DNA from: Candidatus Peregrinibacteria bacterium
GTDB lineage: Bacteria > Patescibacteriota > Gracilibacteria > UBA1369
NCBI GenBank assembly: GCA_963708185.1
Contig: OY970195.1
Coordinates: 256,001 to 320,000, forward strand
Length of the DNA: 64,000 nt
Reading direction: 5' to 3'
Of the stretch, positions 28,003 to 38,983 are shown piece after piece. The position numbers and the translations under genes are program-made. How positions within the stretch are numbered: position 1 is the stretch's first letter; every line of letters starts with the position of its first letter. Under the pieces are notes generated by a model that saw only the letters and a program-made list of their open reading frames with translations, did not search any database and was not told the origin of the DNA.

Positions 28003-31000
28003 CTACTGCGCGACCTGGTTTTCATTGAGTTGAAGCAGATCGGTCAGTCCCGGCGGAGTATTGAGGATGATGCGTTCGTCGAAGCGGATGACCACGGAAC
28101 CCTGGTTGGCGGACGGATCACCGGCGAATTTGCGATGGGTGAAGAGGTCCTGGATGTCTCCGTAGATGGATCCGTAGAAGGTGATGTTGGTGTAGGCATC
28201 GCCGCCGTTCAAGGAAAGCAGTTTTCCGGTTCCGGCTATGTCGCCCTGCTGGACGAAGATGACGCCGGAGACGTCGGTCACCCCCGGGTCGATCTTGACG
28301 TTGCCGTTCAAAACAATGAAGGCAAGAGAAGCGGTATCGCGGACGGTGCACGGTTCGTTCTTGTTGCAGTCGCCGTACTTGATGTTGTTTTTGATGATGA
28401 GATCGCCGTTTTCAACGATGAAGGTCTTGGCTCCCTGACCGTCGTGGAGGACAAGATCCGATCCGCTGCCGAGAGTGAGGTTGGCGTTGCTCAGGTGGTA
28501 GACGCCCGTGTTCGAAGCCGGGAGACTGTCGAAGGAATTAATGACATGGCTCCAGTTGTTGAGGTTCGGTTCCCAGCGGGATACGCGCGTTTTGTTTTCC
28601 TGGATCGTTGCGGAGATGTTGCTGGAGCTCCAGCTTTCACCCGGTCTGAGTTTGACTTCACAGATCTGGCTGGAAAGGTTCGGAGCGACGGTGTTGCCGT
28701 AGAGGGTTTCGTTGCCTGTTCCCTGGAGGTTCACGTTGAATCCGGTGTTGCAGATTTCATGGCCGATCGGAACGGTGAAGCCCTGACCGGTGCTCGGGAA
28801 GGTCTGTTCCGGTGGAGCACCCGGAGTCACGATAAGGCCGGTGCTGCTTTTGTATTGTGAACATTGTGAGATGTCTTTGCCGAAGTTGAGGTCGGTTTCC
28901 AGATAGATGTCGCCCGACGCGCGGGTCAGAATGTACTGGCAGAAGCTCTGGACGACGGCGCTTTGCTGAATGCTGCCGTTGTCGACCAGGTTGGCGTTCT
29001 GCAGGTCAGGGGAGTCGTATACCGAATAGTTGGAGTTGGCTGTGTTCGGATATTTTTCCTGACAGATTTCGCTGTTGTTGCCGAGACAGTTGGCGTCGTC
29101 AATCAGGCTTCCTTGGACTTTGCCGTGATAGGTGATGGTGATGAGCTGTGTTCCTACTCTGGTTAATGTAATAACCGGTAGTGAGGAACCGTTCGGGGCG
29201 TGATCGAGTGAGTAGCAGTTTGTTTTTACGCTACTTCCATCGCACTGCGCGACGCCCTGGATGTTGAAGGAGTCGTTGTAAACGATTTTTCCTCCGGTCT
29301 GGCTGGTGCTGCCGTTGACGTAGCCTTGGACGTAACCGCTGTTCATCGTATCGGTGAGAGTGGCGTCGGTGTTCGGTGCGGTTGCGGTGAAGGTCATGGT
29401 ATAAAGGACATCTTTGTTGTCGATGGTGCCGGTCTTGCCGTTGGCGTTGTTGCTCGGGACGAGGGTCAGTGGGTTGTTGACTCCTGATTTCACGCCGTAG
29501 CTTTTTTCCGGAGCCGCGGTTGCCTGGACCGTTTTGGTGAAGTGCGGCGGCTCGGAGGCGTCTTGTAGTTTGAGATGTCACAGCTGTTCGGTCCGTTGAC
29601 GTTGACGGTCGCTCCAAGTGGGACATGTTCGCAGGAATCGCCGTTGGTATAGACGTTGGTGCCGTTGATGGTCCAGTTGAACTGACCGTTGTAATTGTTG
29701 GCAGGTGATGGGTTCAAGCACAACTCGTTGGTGTTGATGTCGTAGCTTGGGCTCACGTTCTGGCAGACCGGTGGTTGAGGCTGGAACGGAATGTTACAGG
29801 AGTTCGGTGAACTGACGGCTTCCACCTTGGTAATGAAAAGACCGGAAGGAGGAGCGTAGCAAGTGCCGTTGGTCACGTTGGTTCCGTCGCTCAGGTACCA
29901 GCGGTAGGTGTCGCTGTAGGAACTTGGGTTCGGTTGGACGCAGTATCCTCCGTTGACGTATGGCGTGCTGGAAAGAGAGTTACACTGGCTGTTCTGTGGG
30001 GGATTGTTGTAGCTGATGTCTCTTCTACAAGCGTCTTTCGAACCCAGGTTTGGTGATGCTTCAATGTGGACTGATCCTTTTGTCCCTTGTACTGATGATG
30101 TTTGATAATAGTACTGACATGCTGCTGGCACTTGCATTGATCCTGGAGAGTACAGTGATGGACAAAGCGGAGTTCCGTTCGGCCATGGCCCAAAGGTGTT
30201 GTTTATCAATGCTCCGTTTCCGGTGAGTGTCCAAGTGACATTAGCCGGAGGAGGAGGATTCGTGTTTTGCGGATTTGCTGTTAAAAATTGCGATGCTCCT
30301 CCGCTGACTGTTGATCCAACGTAGTTCAGGTTCAGGTTGCTGCAGACGTTATTTTGCTGCTGTTGGGTCATATTGAATGACGCACTGCATCCTGATTGGG
30401 GTTCTTTTGTGGCCGGATTTATTGCCGTCACGGATACAACCGTTCCGTTGCCGCCGCCGGTATAGTTTTCTACATCTGACGGTTTGTCTGTGGTTGCCGG
30501 ATTTCCTGAAGCAACTCCATTGAAAGAGCCATCTGGCGTTGCGCTCCACAAATAGTCGAGATCAGTATTTACATTTTTACCCGGGGCAATAACACTTACA
30601 GTTAGTCCATTTGTTGAATCTCCAACGTTTAATGTGCTGCCTGATATGGGCGTACCGTTGCGGAGAATCTGCAGGTTGGTACAGACGTTGCCACCGGAGG
30701 GAGTAAAGGTTATTGTTTTTTGGCAAGTTGATGGGAATTCTTGGTTGTAATTGGCCTTGTTCACACCGGTAACCGTTACAGTTACTGGAGAAGTAATAGG
30801 TCCGGTTTTGGTCAGGTTTGTGTTTGTGTTGGTATCGTAATATGTTGACGAGTTTCCATCAAAATTAATGAGTCCAGGAATACTGGCTGTCCATTTATAA
30901 TCCAGTGCAAGGCCTCCCTTTGTGGTTGGAGTGACGGTGATGTTTTTAGGAAGATCAGTATCCTGGTAAGTTGTGGTTGATGGAGTAATCGTGAGGTTTG

Positions 31001-32537
31001 TACAGTCAGGAACCTCCGGTGGCGCTACGACATCGAGATAGCCGTCACATCCGCCGCCGACCACGGTGTTCGTTCCTTTCAGGACTGCTTTAACGGTAAT
31101 ATGCGTTCCCGCGCTGCCGCCTGTATAGTACGTTTGTACGTCGTTGGCGGGAGAGCCGTTATCGCTATCGCGGTCGGTATAGGGGTTTCCTTTGCTGGTC
31201 GAGTTTTTAAAGTCCTCAAACGTCCCAGGGTCAAGAATGGTGAAATTCTGGACCGGAGTTCCAAGATTTACGTTACTGGACGATTGAACGTTGCTTTGTA
31301 CGAGTGCCGCGAGCATATTGGCTTCCATGACCTGTGCCGATCCGTTGGACGTTGCTTCCCACTTATAGTCGAGATCCGGTGGTGTTCCTGCTCCGCTGAA
31401 ATTCGGAGTAACGGTAAATGTTGTATCAGTGTTTGCTTCAAGCGTATGAGCCGTTGCGTTGTATTTTGCCGTATCTGCGGTCACCGTGAGGCTTGTACAG
31501 ACGGCGGGAGGAGTGTTTGATTTTCTCCATACCACGGCTGTGGTACCGATGGGGAACCAGTGGTAGTTGGCTTTTGATCCCCCATACGGATAGTCCTTCT
31601 GGTAACTTGAAGGGACCTGGTTGTCGACGGAACACCAGTAGGTGTAATCGCCGGCGACACTACAGAATTTATTTTCGTTGAGTTTGCTCAGGTCTGTTGT
31701 TTTTTTGATGGCGAAATCACGGATCAAGACTCTGGATGTGGTGGTCGAGCTCCAGAGGTCGGCGGCGATGTTGGTTTTGGTCGGGAGCTGGACTTTACCG
31801 AAAAATTCCCGGTTGACGTCGAGGTTCGAGTTGAATCCGCCGCCGATAATCGGGTCCAGATCCGGATTTTTCCCGAAAATTCTCGGTTTGTCGCCGGGGG
31901 TGTCGATGCCGAATGTCCAAACGACGCCGCTGGCGCTTTTTGAAACGGTTGTACCTCCCCATAATCCCGGGACGTAGCCGTCACAATCGGCGATTGCCGC
32001 GACACTTCCGCCCCAACCCGGTGGGAGATCTGTAATACAGGTGATGTTGTTGAGATCTATATTTTGTGCAACGTCCGGGGCAAAGTCGATGGCGAATTTT
32101 GCCACGTAAGATTTATAGAAATACTGCTGTCCGGAAGTTTCTTCATAGGAATCGTTGTAGTAGTAATGCTCATGTTTCCCAATAGGGACATAGTGGTTTT
32201 GGGCTCCCGATTTGAGCGGAATGTCCCCGGTATCAGTGACCGGGTTGTGGTTATAGGACTGAGCGGTGTATGGCGTGGATCCGGGAATCGTCAGATGGTT
32301 TTTACAGATGAAATCCGTAATGGTTCCACCCGGAAATTCCGCAGCTTTTCCGTTGATATACGGCGTTGCGCTTGAGCCGTAGAGTGCTGTTGCCGCCAGG
32401 TCGAACGGGAAGATCGCCAAATCGCAAAGCTGTCGCGAAATAGGATTATACGCAGCCGAAGCCGTGAGCGGTGCCACCATGAACGAGGCGATAGTGGAGA
32501 GGACAATGAGCCCGGTTGTTAAGTGTTTGTTTTTCAT
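28003..32537 (-). CDS. Large secreted adhesin-like protein (~1511 aa), split by a 1-nt deletion at ~29554
   Basis: Signal peptide ending TASA. Six Cys-led modules. ORF 29490..32537 ends in an off-composition basic tail, and adding one base reads TPPEPPHFTKTVQATAAPEKSYGVKSG into ORF 28003..29493. C-terminal beta-rich domain ends RFDERIILNTPPGL. Confidence 0.8.
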
Positions 32538-32561
32538 TTGGGTGGAGTTGTAAATTTTTAT

Positions 32562-32753
32562 TTACGGGACGAGGTCCGGACTCACTGATGGTCCGGAGGA
32601 AGCCTGGCTGGTGATGGTATTCGGAATGGTCCCTTGTTCACCGCCTCCCGGCTGTGGCTGGTTGGTCGGATTCTGTGACATCACGAGGATGACCGCGACG
32701 ACGATGACGACGATAATTCCAATGATCCAAGCTGTGGTTTTGTTGTTTTTCAT
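32562..32753 (-). CDS. Small single-pass membrane protein (63 aa)
   Basis: MKNNK + WIIGIIVVIVVAVILVM + Pro/Gln/Ser tail; fills the gap between two co-oriented genes. Confidence 0.7.
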   Translation of the reverse strand: MKNNKTTAWIIGIIVVIVVAVILVMSQNPTNQPQPGGGEQGTIPNTITSQASSGPSVSPDLVP

Positions 32754-32779
32754 GGTTTAGTTTTTTAAAAGTGTTGCTT

Positions 32780-35700
32780 TTACGGTGCTTCGTCGGGATT
32801 GCCAGATGGCGTGTTGTCTGGGTTCCCGCTGCCGGTATCCCCACCGATCTTTCCGGGGACTGTTCCGTGTTCGCCGCCGCCTGTTTTTTCGCCAGCATTG
32901 ACAATGGATTTGCCGCCCGGTCCGCCGCCCGGTTTGTTTTCTTTCGGTGGGGGAGGTATTTTATGCGGTGGAGGAGGAGCCTCTTCGTGTCCCACTTCGA
33001 TGGTGACGACGCCGGCGAGGCCGAAGCTGACGAACTTGGCGGTCGTTTCCGGAGAAACGGTCGCGACGTTTTCTTTTCCTGCGGCCACGAGCATGCCTTC
33101 GCCCGGTTTGATGCGGGCAAAGATCTGGATGCCTTCGTTGACGCCGAACGATGCGTTCCCGCAGCGTGCGTGCGCTGCATCGGCGACTTTGGTGTCGAGT
33201 CTGAATTCAAATGAGTTGCCGTTCGGCGCGTTGTAAATAAAGGCATTGCCTCCGCTCAACTGAGTGTCGCGTATGCCTTTGAGGATTTTTTTGAACTCCT
33301 GGAATCCGGCGTTGTTCGGGTCGATGGTTTCACCGTTCAAAGCTTTCTGCATGCCCTCTACAGCCTGGTTAGCCATAGTATCTCCAAGGACGAACCACAT
33401 GCCGGGCATGGCGATGAGTTTTTTTGCGAGCGGTGATTCGGCCATTGTTTTGTCGTTGTTGCGGTCGAGAGGGCTTTCCATTTCCAGAATAACTTTTGCC
33501 AGGTCGCCTTCAACTCCCGATTTGCTCAGGTCTTCCTCATGAAGACCAAGTACGCCGTATTTGTCCTGGGTGATGTACCCCGGTACTCCGCGCAAACCTG
33601 TTCCTACGGCACCGGCGACCGAACTGAATAACCAGTTGGGGCCGAGCTGTTGTCCGGGTTTGCCAAGATCCTGATCCTGAACGTTAGAGAGTAATCTTTT
33701 GACCAGAAGGTCGGTGAGTTGTTCCGGCGTGCTGGTGATGTTGTAGCCCTGCGCCTGAAGTTCCGGGATTTTTTTGCGGAAGAAGGGCAGCAGGACGGCA
33801 TTTTTGGACCATTCAAGGTTCTGTTCAAAGCGGGCCCGTTTGTCGGGAGCTTTTTCAAGTTCTGTAAAGCTCAGATCCATGAGTTCCGACATCACGAAGT
33901 TCATCTGCAGGTCGTTGAGTTCCGTTCCAAGACCTTTCGGCGCTTTTTCCTTGGCATTGAGCTGGATAAGCGCAGCCAGGTTTTTGCGTTTGGTATTGAT
34001 GGTTTCTTCGGAATCGTTCGGGGTGACGGTGGTGTACTCCTTGTATTTCTGGAGATTGGTCCAGTTCTTGAGGAATTTTTTGCTGAAATCCTTGAGTTCC
34101 TTGACGTTTTCTGCGGTGAGATCCGGATCGGCTTCCTTGACGAAAGGAAGTCCGTTGATTTTTGCTTCGTAGGCTTTCCACTGGGCGTCGTTGAAGCCGG
34201 GAACGTTTTCGTGGAAGGTCTCCAGATTGGCTTTGTTCTGGTTGTAGTTCGCTTCGTACATCGTATTGCCGATTTGGGAGTTCGGAGCCTGGACAAGTTC
34301 CCACTGTTTACCGGATTTACGGTAGAGATAGGAACCGGACTGGCTGACTTCGTCACTGATAACGGAACGGGTTCTTTTCGGAGTGTCGGTAATCGTCACG
34401 ATGGTGTTCATCGGCGAACCTTTCTTCGGGAACGGTGTGTAAAAATCTTCACGGGTAATGAAGAGTTCTGGATTTGCTCCGGGAGCGAGGTAGACTTTGT
34501 TCCCCTTGAGGACGAGGCCGCGTTTTTCCATGCCGGGGTCCATAAGGATTTGCAAGTTGCCCAATGCTCCGAAGACCTGGAACTCCAGGAGTCCGGTTGC
34601 AGCATCGGGGACGAGCTTCATGTCGTACGGTTTGAGCGCTTCGTTATATTTTTCGAGGCTCGGCTGTTCTTTGAACGGAGCAAGATCGACCTGCGCGTTT
34701 CTTTTGCGGATGGCGATGTTGCCTTCGGCGTCAACCATGACGTCGCCGCTTTGGCCGGCCATGACTTCCTTGAATTGTACATTTGTACCGGGATTTTTCT
34801 TCTTGGCGTCGGCAACGATAGCTTCCTGGATCTGGGCTTCCGAGACTTTGTCCATGTCTTTGGAAGATTCCGATTGGCGTCGGTAGACGAGTGTGGTTTT
34901 GCTGACTGTAAAGGTAAGATAAGGCCCTACGAACGGTACCGGAACTCCGCCGACTTCGGCGAAACCTGCAACGATGCCTCCGCCGGAAATGAACGGAGCG
35001 GAGTTTTCTTTTGCAGCTTCTGTTCCGACGCTGGAGCGCCATGCCTGGTACAGGTCGAGGACGACTTTTTTCTGGGATTCAATGTCTGAAAATTGAGATG
35101 CCGCGGATCTGAAGTACGGACCGACCTTGGGGTTGTTGATGATCATCATGTACTTCTTGTCCGGATCTTTTTCGGCGTCGATCTCCTTGGTATCCACGCC
35201 TCCGATCTGGGTTTCGAGGTTTTTCTGGGCGGCTTCGAAGTTTTTACCGATTCCAATGCCTCCACCGACTCCGGCGACGAGGATTCCTGCGCTGCCTCCG
35301 GCAAACGCTTTCATGTCGAGACTGCTGGAGACCGGCCAGGTAAAGTCGATAGCTCCGCCGATGCTTGGGCCGGTAAGACCGACTCCGACACCTCCGGATA
35401 CACCGATTTCAGTTCTCTTGGCTTCGTCGAGTTTCCATCCTTTGCGGATGGCGACTCCGAGCATGGGGTTGGGGTGCGGACCAATCTGGTCGACGCCCAC
35501 TCCGACCATCAACGTGAATCCTTGGCCGAGGTCGATGCCTGTTCCAAGACCAACTCCGAATGCCTGATTGAGAGGTTTGGTGGTGTCGATCTTCAGGCCG
35601 ATTCCTCCGAGGAAAATGCTCTCGATTTTTTTGGCGTCTCCGGCCGGATAGCCTTTGGCGATGGCGTCTTCCTGGATCTTGCGGATCATCGGGTTCATCG

Positions 35701-38700
35701 AAAGCTGGGGGCCGGCTTCTTTTGATTCGGTGAGACCTTTTTCTTCATCGCGGGAATCAAAGTAGTAGCCCATGCGGATGAGGTCCTTGCGGTCCTGGAT
35801 TCTTTGTTTGTAAGCTTCGGGAGAATCTTTTTCCAGCTGCAGGTCTCCAAAGTTATTGATTTTGAGGTTTTGAAATGCGCTTTCGACGGACTGGGTCAGC
35901 ATCGGGGCGACGCGTGTCGCGTAGGCCTCGTCGGTTTCTCCGGAATTTTTTGCCGGAAGATTGACTTTGGTGGATTCGGAAGCGTATCTGTTGATGAACT
36001 CAGCTGCCGCGGTGGGGTTGTTCTTCCAGGCAATCAAACGCAGGAGCGCTTTGTGCATCAAACGGTTGAGTTCCTGGCAGGTGTCTTTTTCATTCATGCG
36101 TTCAACGCCGTCGAGTTCGCCTTTTTCGTTGGTGTATTTGTTGAGGCGGCTTCGTTCGCGCAGGACCGGGGCGTTTTCGTCGAAATATTTACCGAACGCC
36201 GTCGTGTCGGATTCGTCTTGGGACGTCCCGGCCACGACATCTTCCCAGGCAAAGGAGCGGCCGTTGGGATGGTCTTTTCTCCATGCGTCCTTGTCGCTGT
36301 CGTGGAAAACGTCGGCGAGGACTGCCGCGCATTTTCCGGTTTCCGGAGTCATTTTTTCCGGGGTGGCTGTCGCGGCTTCCTTGAACTGTTTCATCTGGAG
36401 CTGGCCGAGCGCCTGGAGGAGCATGCCACCTTCTTCAAGAACATAATTGAGGTATCCCATACGTACGGACGCCAGCCGGTATTTGTCCCATTGCTGGTAG
36501 TCCGGATCATTTTTGACTTCGTCGAGGGCTTTGACGGCCGCGACGTACTGTTTGGCCTGGTCTTTGGTCACCAGGCTGTACGGTTCCAGACCCTGCGCTT
36601 CGGCAAGTCGCATTTTTTCCTGGACCACTTTGACGATTTCAGTCTGTTTCAAGATGCCTGAACCTTTTTTGGCTTCAAAGGCCTGCATGCCCTTTTCGTT
36701 CTCTTTCATGATTTTGGTGTTTTCTTCGACTTCATCTTTATAATCACCAAGTTTTCCCGGTTCTCCGTCCTTTTTTATATAGATCTTGAAGGAATCGAGG
36801 ACATCTTCAAAATCCACGCGATCGTTTTTTCCTTCCTGGATGAGATCGAGGATTTTTTCGCGGGCGTTTTGTTCGGTAATGCCGGCTTCAACGAAGATCG
36901 GATGTTTGAGAACGGAAATGAGGTTGTCGAGTCCGGCAATTTCGGTGCTGCCTTCACCGTTCCACGCTTTTTTCCAAAGTTCGTCGTCGTTGACGGCATC
37001 AAGCATGCTTTTTCTTAAAATGACCTGGTTTTCCAGATACTGGTGCATGCTGCCGCGGAAAGCTTTTTCCGTGGCTTCGCGGTTTTTGCGGAATTTTTCG
37101 GCGTACTGATCGGCTTTGCTGGTGTAGCGTTCCTCGGCAAGCGCTTCCGCCGTCGGGATGCCGGCTTCGGTCGGGTTCGGGATGACGAGATAGAGTTCGT
37201 TTCCGGTCTGATATTTCTTCAAAAGTGCGGCGTAAGCGTCGAGTTTTTCCTGGCTCGAGAATTTGGAACCTTCAAAAGCTTTCTTGATCGCCGGAAGGAA
37301 CATGGCCTCCTGTGCAATCGACTGGTAGGTTTCACCTTCCTTGATGGTTCTCTTTTCAACATAGGAGCGTTTTTCTTGGTCGGCGAGAGATTCGCCGGTT
37401 CCTTCTTTCTCCCATGCCGGGAGGATAACGTCGCCGTCCCAGATTTCAACGCGCTGGCCGTTTTTGTAAAAGAAGGTCCCTTTGTGTTTTTCCATTTTTC
37501 CTTTGATCCATCGTACGTACTCTTTATCGGGATTGTAAAAAGCTTCCATGCTTTTTCCGCCGGAAGCGTGTTTGATGCGGATCTTGTCTCCTTCTTTGGC
37601 GTTGGGGAAAAGATCGCTGATGGTAATGAGTTTTTCGGCCTGTTTATCTCCGTTGAAGTGCACTTTGCCCGTTTCACGGTCGTAGTATTTCGCGACCATG
37701 GCTTCATCAGCGCGTTCTTCGGTCGGAGCTTTGAAAGCGACCTCTTCCGCCTTTTTCTCAGTTGCGGCGGACATGACGGTTTCTTTTCTGACCCATCCTA
37801 CGTCTTTGGAGCCGTTTTTTTCAAAAGTAGCGTAGACATATTCTTCATCGCCGACCATGCGAACGCGTTCGCTGGCAACCGTGATCCGGTCGCCTTTTTC
37901 GATCATGCGGAGCATTGTTCCCGCGAGTTTCCCTTTTCCGCTATAAAGGACGGTGTTGCTCAATACCGGGTATGTTCCTTTATTCACTTTTTCAGCGGTA
38001 TATTCTTCCTTGGTCCAGGCGTTTTCCGTTTTTAACACTTCGTCGTGGTTTTGGGCGTTCCTGAGTTTTCCGACCTCAACCCATCCGTTAAATTCGCTTT
38101 TTCCTCCGACGTATTGGTCGGCCGACATTTTAACGTAAACGAATTTTCCCATGACGCCGTTTTTCTTCGGAGCTTCAACCACGAATCCCTGCATGACTTC
38201 AGCAGGAACGTATGCCCCGCCTCTCAAATTGTCCGGCTGGAGGAATCTCCCCTGGCCCGCATCATTATAATAGTCGGGGTCCTGGATTGTCCCCATATAG
38301 CTGCTCAGATAGAGCGCACCTTTTTGTCCCGTGCCGATGGTTTCGGTCGGGCTGATACGGATCTGGTCAGGTTTGGCCTGGGGAAAAGCTTTCTTGAAAT
38401 ATTCGAGCGCCGCTTTCTGTTCGGGAGTCATCTCCGCTTTTTCTTTTTTTTCCGGAGCTACGACCGGCGCGGCCGGCTGGCCCTCCTTTTTTTCAGGGGG
38501 CTGTCCGGGAACTTCCGGTGTGGTGATGCGGGTGGCCGGTGTCGGAAGTTTGATTTCATTTTGCGCTTCGAACTTGTCGTTTTTGTAAAATTTCAGCTGA
38601 CCTTCTTCAAGACGGACGTATTTGCAGTCCGCTTCGGAAAGTTTTGAAGCATTCTGGGCGCGTGCCGCTCCGTCTCCGAAAGCGTTATCAAGCGTGTTTT

Positions 38701-38974
38701 TGGCGAATTCCTGTTTGGCGGGATTATCCGGGTAAAGTTTTTTGGCGAGTTTGTCGAAATTATCGCTCGGACCTTTTCCTGTATCCCATTCGGAAGATTC
38801 AGTTCGTTTGAGCAGGTCGCTGAGAACTTCGTTCCTTTGCTGCGGTGTCAGTTTTTCCTTGGATTCCGGAGCTGCGGCCGGTTTTTCCGGTCCTGCATAG
38901 GCCCATCGTTTCCCGCGGAAGCTCACGTCAACCTGGTGGTTGAGGAACAGTAATGTGCGTTTTTCGTTGAACAT
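32780..38974 (-). CDS. Giant hypothetical protein (2064 aa), no Sec signal; SH3-like, LysM-like and Gly-rich beta regions
   Basis: Uninterrupted 6.2-kb ORF. Domain resemblances are by eye (see findings). Confidence 0.9.
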   Translation of the reverse strand: MFNEKRTLLFLNHQVDVSFRGKRWAYAGPEKPAAAPESKEKLTPQQRNEVLSDLLKRTESSEWDTGKGPSDNFDKLAKKLYPDNPAKQEFAKNTLDNAFGDGAARAQNASKLSEADCKYVRLEEGQLKFYKNDKFEAQNEIKLPTPATRITTPEVPGQPPEKKEGQPAAPVVAPEKKEKAEMTPEQKAALEYFKKAFPQAKPDQIRISPTETIGTGQKGALYLSSYMGTIQDPDYYNDAGQGRFLQPDNLRGGAYVPAEVMQGFVVEAPKKNGVMGKFVYVKMSADQYVGGKSEFNGWVEVGKLRNAQNHDEVLKTENAWTKEEYTAEKVNKGTYPVLSNTVLYSGKGKLAGTMLRMIEKGDRITVASERVRMVGDEEYVYATFEKNGSKDVGWVRKETVMSAATEKKAEEVAFKAPTEERADEAMVAKYYDRETGKVHFNGDKQAEKLITISDLFPNAKEGDKIRIKHASGGKSMEAFYNPDKEYVRWIKGKMEKHKGTFFYKNGQRVEIWDGDVILPAWEKEGTGESLADQEKRSYVEKRTIKEGETYQSIAQEAMFLPAIKKAFEGSKFSSQEKLDAYAALLKKYQTGNELYLVIPNPTEAGIPTAEALAEERYTSKADQYAEKFRKNREATEKAFRGSMHQYLENQVILRKSMLDAVNDDELWKKAWNGEGSTEIAGLDNLISVLKHPIFVEAGITEQNAREKILDLIQEGKNDRVDFEDVLDSFKIYIKKDGEPGKLGDYKDEVEENTKIMKENEKGMQAFEAKKGSGILKQTEIVKVVQEKMRLAEAQGLEPYSLVTKDQAKQYVAAVKALDEVKNDPDYQQWDKYRLASVRMGYLNYVLEEGGMLLQALGQLQMKQFKEAATATPEKMTPETGKCAAVLADVFHDSDKDAWRKDHPNGRSFAWEDVVAGTSQDESDTTAFGKYFDENAPVLRERSRLNKYTNEKGELDGVERMNEKDTCQELNRLMHKALLRLIAWKNNPTAAAEFINRYASESTKVNLPAKNSGETDEAYATRVAPMLTQSVESAFQNLKINNFGDLQLEKDSPEAYKQRIQDRKDLIRMGYYFDSRDEEKGLTESKEAGPQLSMNPMIRKIQEDAIAKGYPAGDAKKIESIFLGGIGLKIDTTKPLNQAFGVGLGTGIDLGQGFTLMVGVGVDQIGPHPNPMLGVAIRKGWKLDEAKRTEIGVSGGVGVGLTGPSIGGAIDFTWPVSSSLDMKAFAGGSAGILVAGVGGGIGIGKNFEAAQKNLETQIGGVDTKEIDAEKDPDKKYMMIINNPKVGPYFRSAASQFSDIESQKKVVLDLYQAWRSSVGTEAAKENSAPFISGGGIVAGFAEVGGVPVPFVGPYLTFTVSKTTLVYRRQSESSKDMDKVSEAQIQEAIVADAKKKNPGTNVQFKEVMAGQSGDVMVDAEGNIAIRKRNAQVDLAPFKEQPSLEKYNEALKPYDMKLVPDAATGLLEFQVFGALGNLQILMDPGMEKRGLVLKGNKVYLAPGANPELFITREDFYTPFPKKGSPMNTIVTITDTPKRTRSVISDEVSQSGSYLYRKSGKQWELVQAPNSQIGNTMYEANYNQNKANLETFHENVPGFNDAQWKAYEAKINGLPFVKEADPDLTAENVKELKDFSKKFLKNWTNLQKYKEYTTVTPNDSEETINTKRKNLAALIQLNAKEKAPKGLGTELNDLQMNFVMSELMDLSFTELEKAPDKRARFEQNLEWSKNAVLLPFFRKKIPELQAQGYNITSTPEQLTDLLVKRLLSNVQDQDLGKPGQQLGPNWLFSSVAGAVGTGLRGVPGYITQDKYGVLGLHEEDLSKSGVEGDLAKVILEMESPLDRNNDKTMAESPLAKKLIAMPGMWFVLGDTMANQAVEGMQKALNGETIDPNNAGFQEFKKILKGIRDTQLSGGNAFIYNAPNGNSFEFRLDTKVADAAHARCGNASFGVNEGIQIFARIKPGEGMLVAAGKENVATVSPETTAKFVSFGLAGVVTIEVGHEEAPPPPHKIPPPPKENKPGGGPGGKSIVNAGEKTGGGEHGTVPGKIGGDTGSGNPDNTPSGNPDEAP

Positions 38975-38983
38975 AGACGTTTC

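Noticed and set aside
29490-29493. Two separate genes coupled by a GTGA overlap
   Set aside because: The downstream frame is open upstream of the GTG with sensible sequence, the upstream ORF tail is off-composition, and the second ORF has no signal peptide. A single frameshifted gene fits better, though it is not proven.
28003-32537. Diversity-generating retroelement target
   Set aside because: Asn-rich, but I saw no near-identical template/variable repeat pair and no reverse transcriptase in the window. A remote DGR cannot be excluded.
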